From: Methanobacteriota archaeon
GTDB taxonomy: Archaea; Thermoplasmatota; Poseidoniia; Poseidoniales; Poseidoniaceae
Length of the DNA stretch: 26,407 nt
NCBI GenBank assembly: GCA_018701175.1
Contig: JABIWF010000031.1
Location: 1-26,407, forward strand
Reading direction: 5' to 3'
The notes below the pieces were generated by a model. The model was not told where the DNA came from and searched no databases. It saw nothing but the letters and a program-made list of their open reading frames with translations. Positions 23,843-26,407 of this stretch are shown here, one piece after another (positions within the stretch are counted from its first letter, which is position 1; every line of letters starts with the position of its first letter). A program made the position numbers and the translations under genes.

Positions 23843-26407
23843 TCACTTCGATTTTCTGCTCGACTTCTTGCCGGAATTCTTGCCCTTTTTGGTACTGGAC
23901 TTCGACTTTATTTGAACCGTCCATTGGAAATAGACGGATTCATTCCCTACCTTGAACAACGTCTCGTAGGAATCTGCGAGTACCGAATCTGCATCTCGAC
24001 CATCAAATGCCAATTGATAGGCAAGAATACCGTTGTCGTTGGAGTTGAGTCTTGACACCAATTTCGATTCCTCATCGTCTGATGAAGTTTGGATATGTTG
24101 GTTGGTGGTTTTGAAACGTTCTTCGTTCTTGTTTTGATTCATATCATTCACTTCAAACACCTCAGCAGGAGAAACATCCTTGCTCGTAATGGATTCGTTA
24201 CTGTAGACAACGGTTCCCGGTTTAACATCGGTTAATGTCTTGAGAATGAACGGGTCTTCTCGTGTTCCCTTTCCACCCTTAAACTTCGGTCGAGAAGTTG
24301 TGTTTACTGGATTTGCATCCTTGAACACCACTCTGTTTTTCGGGACCAACAACATGCCAACTGCAACCAAAACCAAAAGGAGGATGGGGCAAAGAACGTA
24401 TCCCAGCCTCATTGGCGTAGAGCTGCTGCCATCTACAGTCAGGTTCTCTTTAACTTCAAGTGTGATTGAGAACGAGCGACTGTGAACGCTATTGTTCGCC
24501 CAAATCACGAATTCGGTCAACTCCATTGGTTCAGTAGGTGTACCACGAATGCTTCCATCGAGGAGTGCCTCTCGAGCGGGACTCCAACCAAACGTCAAAC
24601 CTTCTGGTAATTCTCCAACAATTTCCCAAGTGCCTACCTCACCATTACCTGTGAGGTTCGGAAGGAAGGGTTCTATTTGGTCACCCACAACAAGCGAGAG
24701 GTTGTTCGATGAATAGTTGAATTCGAAGGTAAGATCAAGACGATCATCGAGGTTGTTACAGATTCCATCTCCATCGATATCCTCAGGAACACTGTTTCGA
24801 TCAAGGCGGTCCGTTCCACACTCCACTTCTTGGAGGTCAGTCCACTGATCGTTGTCATCATCCAAATCAAGAATCAATGGCGGTTCACTGGTTGAATTAC
24901 CAAACATATCGTCCGGCATTCCGTCCAGGTCCGTATCCGTATAGGCTGAAGGGTCGTTCGGGAACGCATCAGGGCCCAGAGTACAACCACCGTTCGCAGG
25001 AACTTTCGGTCCATCGCAAACTCCGTCTCCATCGGTATCTGCGAGCAATGGGTTTGTTCCCGTATCGATTTCCGAGGTGTAGATTCCACTGTTATCTTCC
25101 AAGATGTTGAACACACCGTCACCGTCAACATCATCATCAATTGAATCACAGATGGTGTCACCGTCAAGATCACCTGGCATGTCGGAAGAATTGAGAGAAT
25201 CGCTCGAACACTCACCTTCAAGCAAATCAGAATAGCCGTCATCATCGTCATCTAAATCTTCAATCAATTCTCCGAGTAAGTCATACCCAACAGGTAGGGT
25301 GTCCGGCCGAGAATCACTGTCGGAATCTTCGAGAACACGCAGCATTATGATGAAGGTGTCATTGAACAAACTGGAGTTCGAATACACTGTGTAACTCTTG
25401 AGTTCCATTACTTCATTCGGAACACCCCAAATTGTCCCATTCAAGTCCCCAATCGAAAGTCCCGTTGGCAGAGCAGGATGAATCTCATACACTGAATCAC
25501 TGATGGATGAAAGCGGCTCGATTGATTCAATCATTGACTTGTTGAGAGCATAGAATATACCCTGAGCAGTCTCGTAAACAAGGTCTTCGACTGTGATGTT
25601 GACCAATACGGTCATCGAACCGTCATCGTTCTCACCCGTGACCAAGTAGAGAGTTCGATGAGCAATCTCGCCAGGCATACCGTAAATACGGCCTGTAGCA
25701 TTGTCAAACGATAGACCAACTGAAAGTTCTGGAGAAATTGCCCACTGCAATACGGTTCCTCCGGTCGAATACGGTAGCAAATCAAGCGTGCTCGAATTGT
25801 TCAGTAAATCGATATCACTTGGGATGTATTCGAAGAAAGGAACATTACCAACGACGGTGATGTTAATGCTAAACTCGGAAGTGCCTCCACTGTTGGTCGC
25901 TGAGACAGTGTAGTTGAGCAGCGGGGTAACCTCGGTTGGTAATCCAGAGATTGTACCGTTAGAGGAATCGAACAACAGTCCTGGCGAAAGTTCTGGTGTT
26001 ATGCTCCATGAAACGATCGGTCCACCAACATTGAGCGGAGTCCAGTGTGTCATCGTAGTGTTGTTCGTAAGGGTCATTTCTGGCGGCGAATAGGAGATTT
26101 CTGGAATAATGTCAAGGACTGAGATGTTGATGTAGGCTGTTGCCGTTCCACCTGTATTGGTTGCTGTAATGGTGTACATGGTACGTGTCAGCAATTCACT
26201 CGGTGTTCCACTGAGCACACCAGTGGAAGTGTCAAAGGAAAGACCACTTGGCTCTGATGGACTGATGGCCCATGAGACAAACTCGCCAGAGCCAGTGATG
26301 GTCGGCGAAAGCGGAAGATCACTGCTTCCAGTGTTGTTGGACAAACTCAAGTCGTCTGGAGAATAGGCAATGGTTGGTAATTCGTCAACAATTGTGATGT
26401 TGATGTA
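23843..26407 (-). CDS. Giant surface adhesin-like glycoprotein, C-terminal 854 codons (N-terminus outside window): Ig-like repeats, TSP3-like Ca-binding repeats, TM helix, cytoplasmic tail
   Basis: The frame is open to the window edge. The ORF-track M at 26350 is a TTG inside the repeat unit (...INITIVDELPTIAYSPDDLSLSNNTG). See the two repeat features below. TM helix LGYVLCPILLLVLVAVGMLLV at 24344-24406. By my count there are more than 20 N-x-S/T sequons in the ectodomain. Confidence 0.85.
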   Translation of the reverse strand, partial: YINITIVDELPTIAYSPDDLSLSNNTGSSDLPLSPTITGSGEFVSWAISPSEPSGLSFDTSTGVLSGTPSELLTRTMYTITATNTGGTATAYINISVLDIIPEISYSPPEMTLTNNTTMTHWTPLNVGGPIVSWSITPELSPGLLFDSSNGTISGLPTEVTPLLNYTVSATNSGGTSEFSINITVVGNVPFFEYIPSDIDLLNNSSTLDLLPYSTGGTVLQWAISPELSVGLSFDNATGRIYGMPGEIAHRTLYLVTGENDDGSMTVLVNITVEDLVYETAQGIFYALNKSMIESIEPLSSISDSVYEIHPALPTGLSIGDLNGTIWGVPNEVMELKSYTVYSNSSLFNDTFIIMLRVLEDSDSDSRPDTLPVGYDLLGELIEDLDDDDDGYSDLLEGECSSDSLNSSDMPGDLDGDTICDSIDDDVDGDGVFNILEDNSGIYTSEIDTGTNPLLADTDGDGVCDGPKVPANGGCTLGPDAFPNDPSAYTDTDLDGMPDDMFGNSTSEPPLILDLDDDNDQWTDLQEVECGTDRLDRNSVPEDIDGDGICNNLDDRLDLTFEFNYSSNNLSLVVGDQIEPFLPNLTGNGEVGTWEIVGELPEGLTFGWSPAREALLDGSIRGTPTEPMELTEFVIWANNSVHSRSFSITLEVKENLTVDGSSSTPMRLGYVLCPILLLVLVAVGMLLVPKNRVVFKDANPVNTTSRPKFKGGKGTREDPFILKTLTDVKPGTVVYSNESITSKDVSPAEVFEVNDMNQNKNEERFKTTNQHIQTSSDDEESKLVSRLNSNDNGILAYQLAFDGRDADSVLADSYETLFKVGNESVYFQWTVQIKSKSSTKKGKNSGKKSSRKSK
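24731..25330 (-). repeat. Acidic thrombospondin type 3-like calcium-binding repeats
   Basis: Repeated D-x-D-x-D-G-x-x-(C/D)-D strings: DLDGDTICDSIDDDVDGDGVFN, ADTDGDGVCDG, TDTDLDGMPDD, DLDDDNDQWTD, EDIDGDGICNNLDD. Confidence 0.7.
25331..26407 (-). repeat. Tandem ~90-95-aa Ig-like protein-domain repeats (He_PIG / dystroglycan-cadherin-like type), at least four copies
   Basis: Each unit shows the same recurring pattern. One example is Y-S-P..(L/M)-x-L-x-N-N-(S/T)...W-(A/S)-I-(S/T)-P-x-L-(S/P)-x-G-L-x-F-D-x-x-(T/N)-G-x-I-x-G-x-P...Y-T-(I/V)-x-A-T-N-x-G-G-T...I-N-I-(S/T)-V. The repeats are diverged at the DNA level. Confidence 0.7.

Noticed and set aside
1-26407. Mobile element, prophage, defence island or CRISPR content
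   Set aside because: I saw no integrase, transposase, recombinase, phage structural gene, restriction-modification or cas-like gene, and no direct-repeat/spacer array or flanking tRNA. The window reads as core or accessory chromosomal metabolism and cell-surface genes.

Overview
This is a gene-dense chromosomal window with about 28 protein genes on both strands and many abutting or overlapping gene ends. I found no rRNA, tRNA, CRISPR array, transposase or integrase. The host is probably an uncultivated archaeon. This rests on FlaI/FlaJ-type filament assembly genes, a Bat-type HTH_10 regulator, a 2-phosphoglycerate-kinase-like protein, GGAGGTGA-like Shine-Dalgarno (SD) sites and a sequon-rich surface protein. 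A marine planktonic euryarchaeote (MGII/III-like) is only a guess.

Contents, left to right:
- 1-4128: an SD-coupled type IV filament (pilus/archaellum-like) assembly module. It has the ATPase C-terminus, a platform protein split into two T2SSF genes (the second with a ~200-aa extracytoplasmic insert), and two small proteins with an N-terminal hydrophobic helix.
- 4125-4790: a 2PGK-like kinase.
- 4909-11513: two convergent operons of acyl-CoA metabolism. One encodes an aldehyde dehydrogenase, a crotonase and a Kv-type K+ channel. The other encodes a BoxB/PaaA-type diiron acyl-CoA oxygenase, an orphan acidic protein, an EamA transporter and a 3-hydroxyacyl-CoA dehydrogenase. A 16-bp palindrome sits at the oxygenase promoter, next to the HTH_10 regulator gene.
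- 12310-13419: a protein combining tandem Tudor/SH3-like modules with an EF-hand pair.
- 13881-17158: glpX, bioY and a BNR/Asp-box lipoprotein.
- 17254-18957: a GNAT-like N-acyltransferase fused to a class I/II PLP enzyme.
- 18951-19861: moaE, plus a moaC interrupted by an in-frame TAG.
- 19879-23833: an FAD oxidoreductase, a second crotonase, a TPMT-family methyltransferase and a DUF3592-like membrane protein.
- 23843-26407: the C-terminal 854 codons of a giant surface protein with Ig-like repeats, TSP3-like Ca-binding repeats, a TM helix and a cytoplasmic tail.

All functional calls come from motif recognition by eye. No database search was run.
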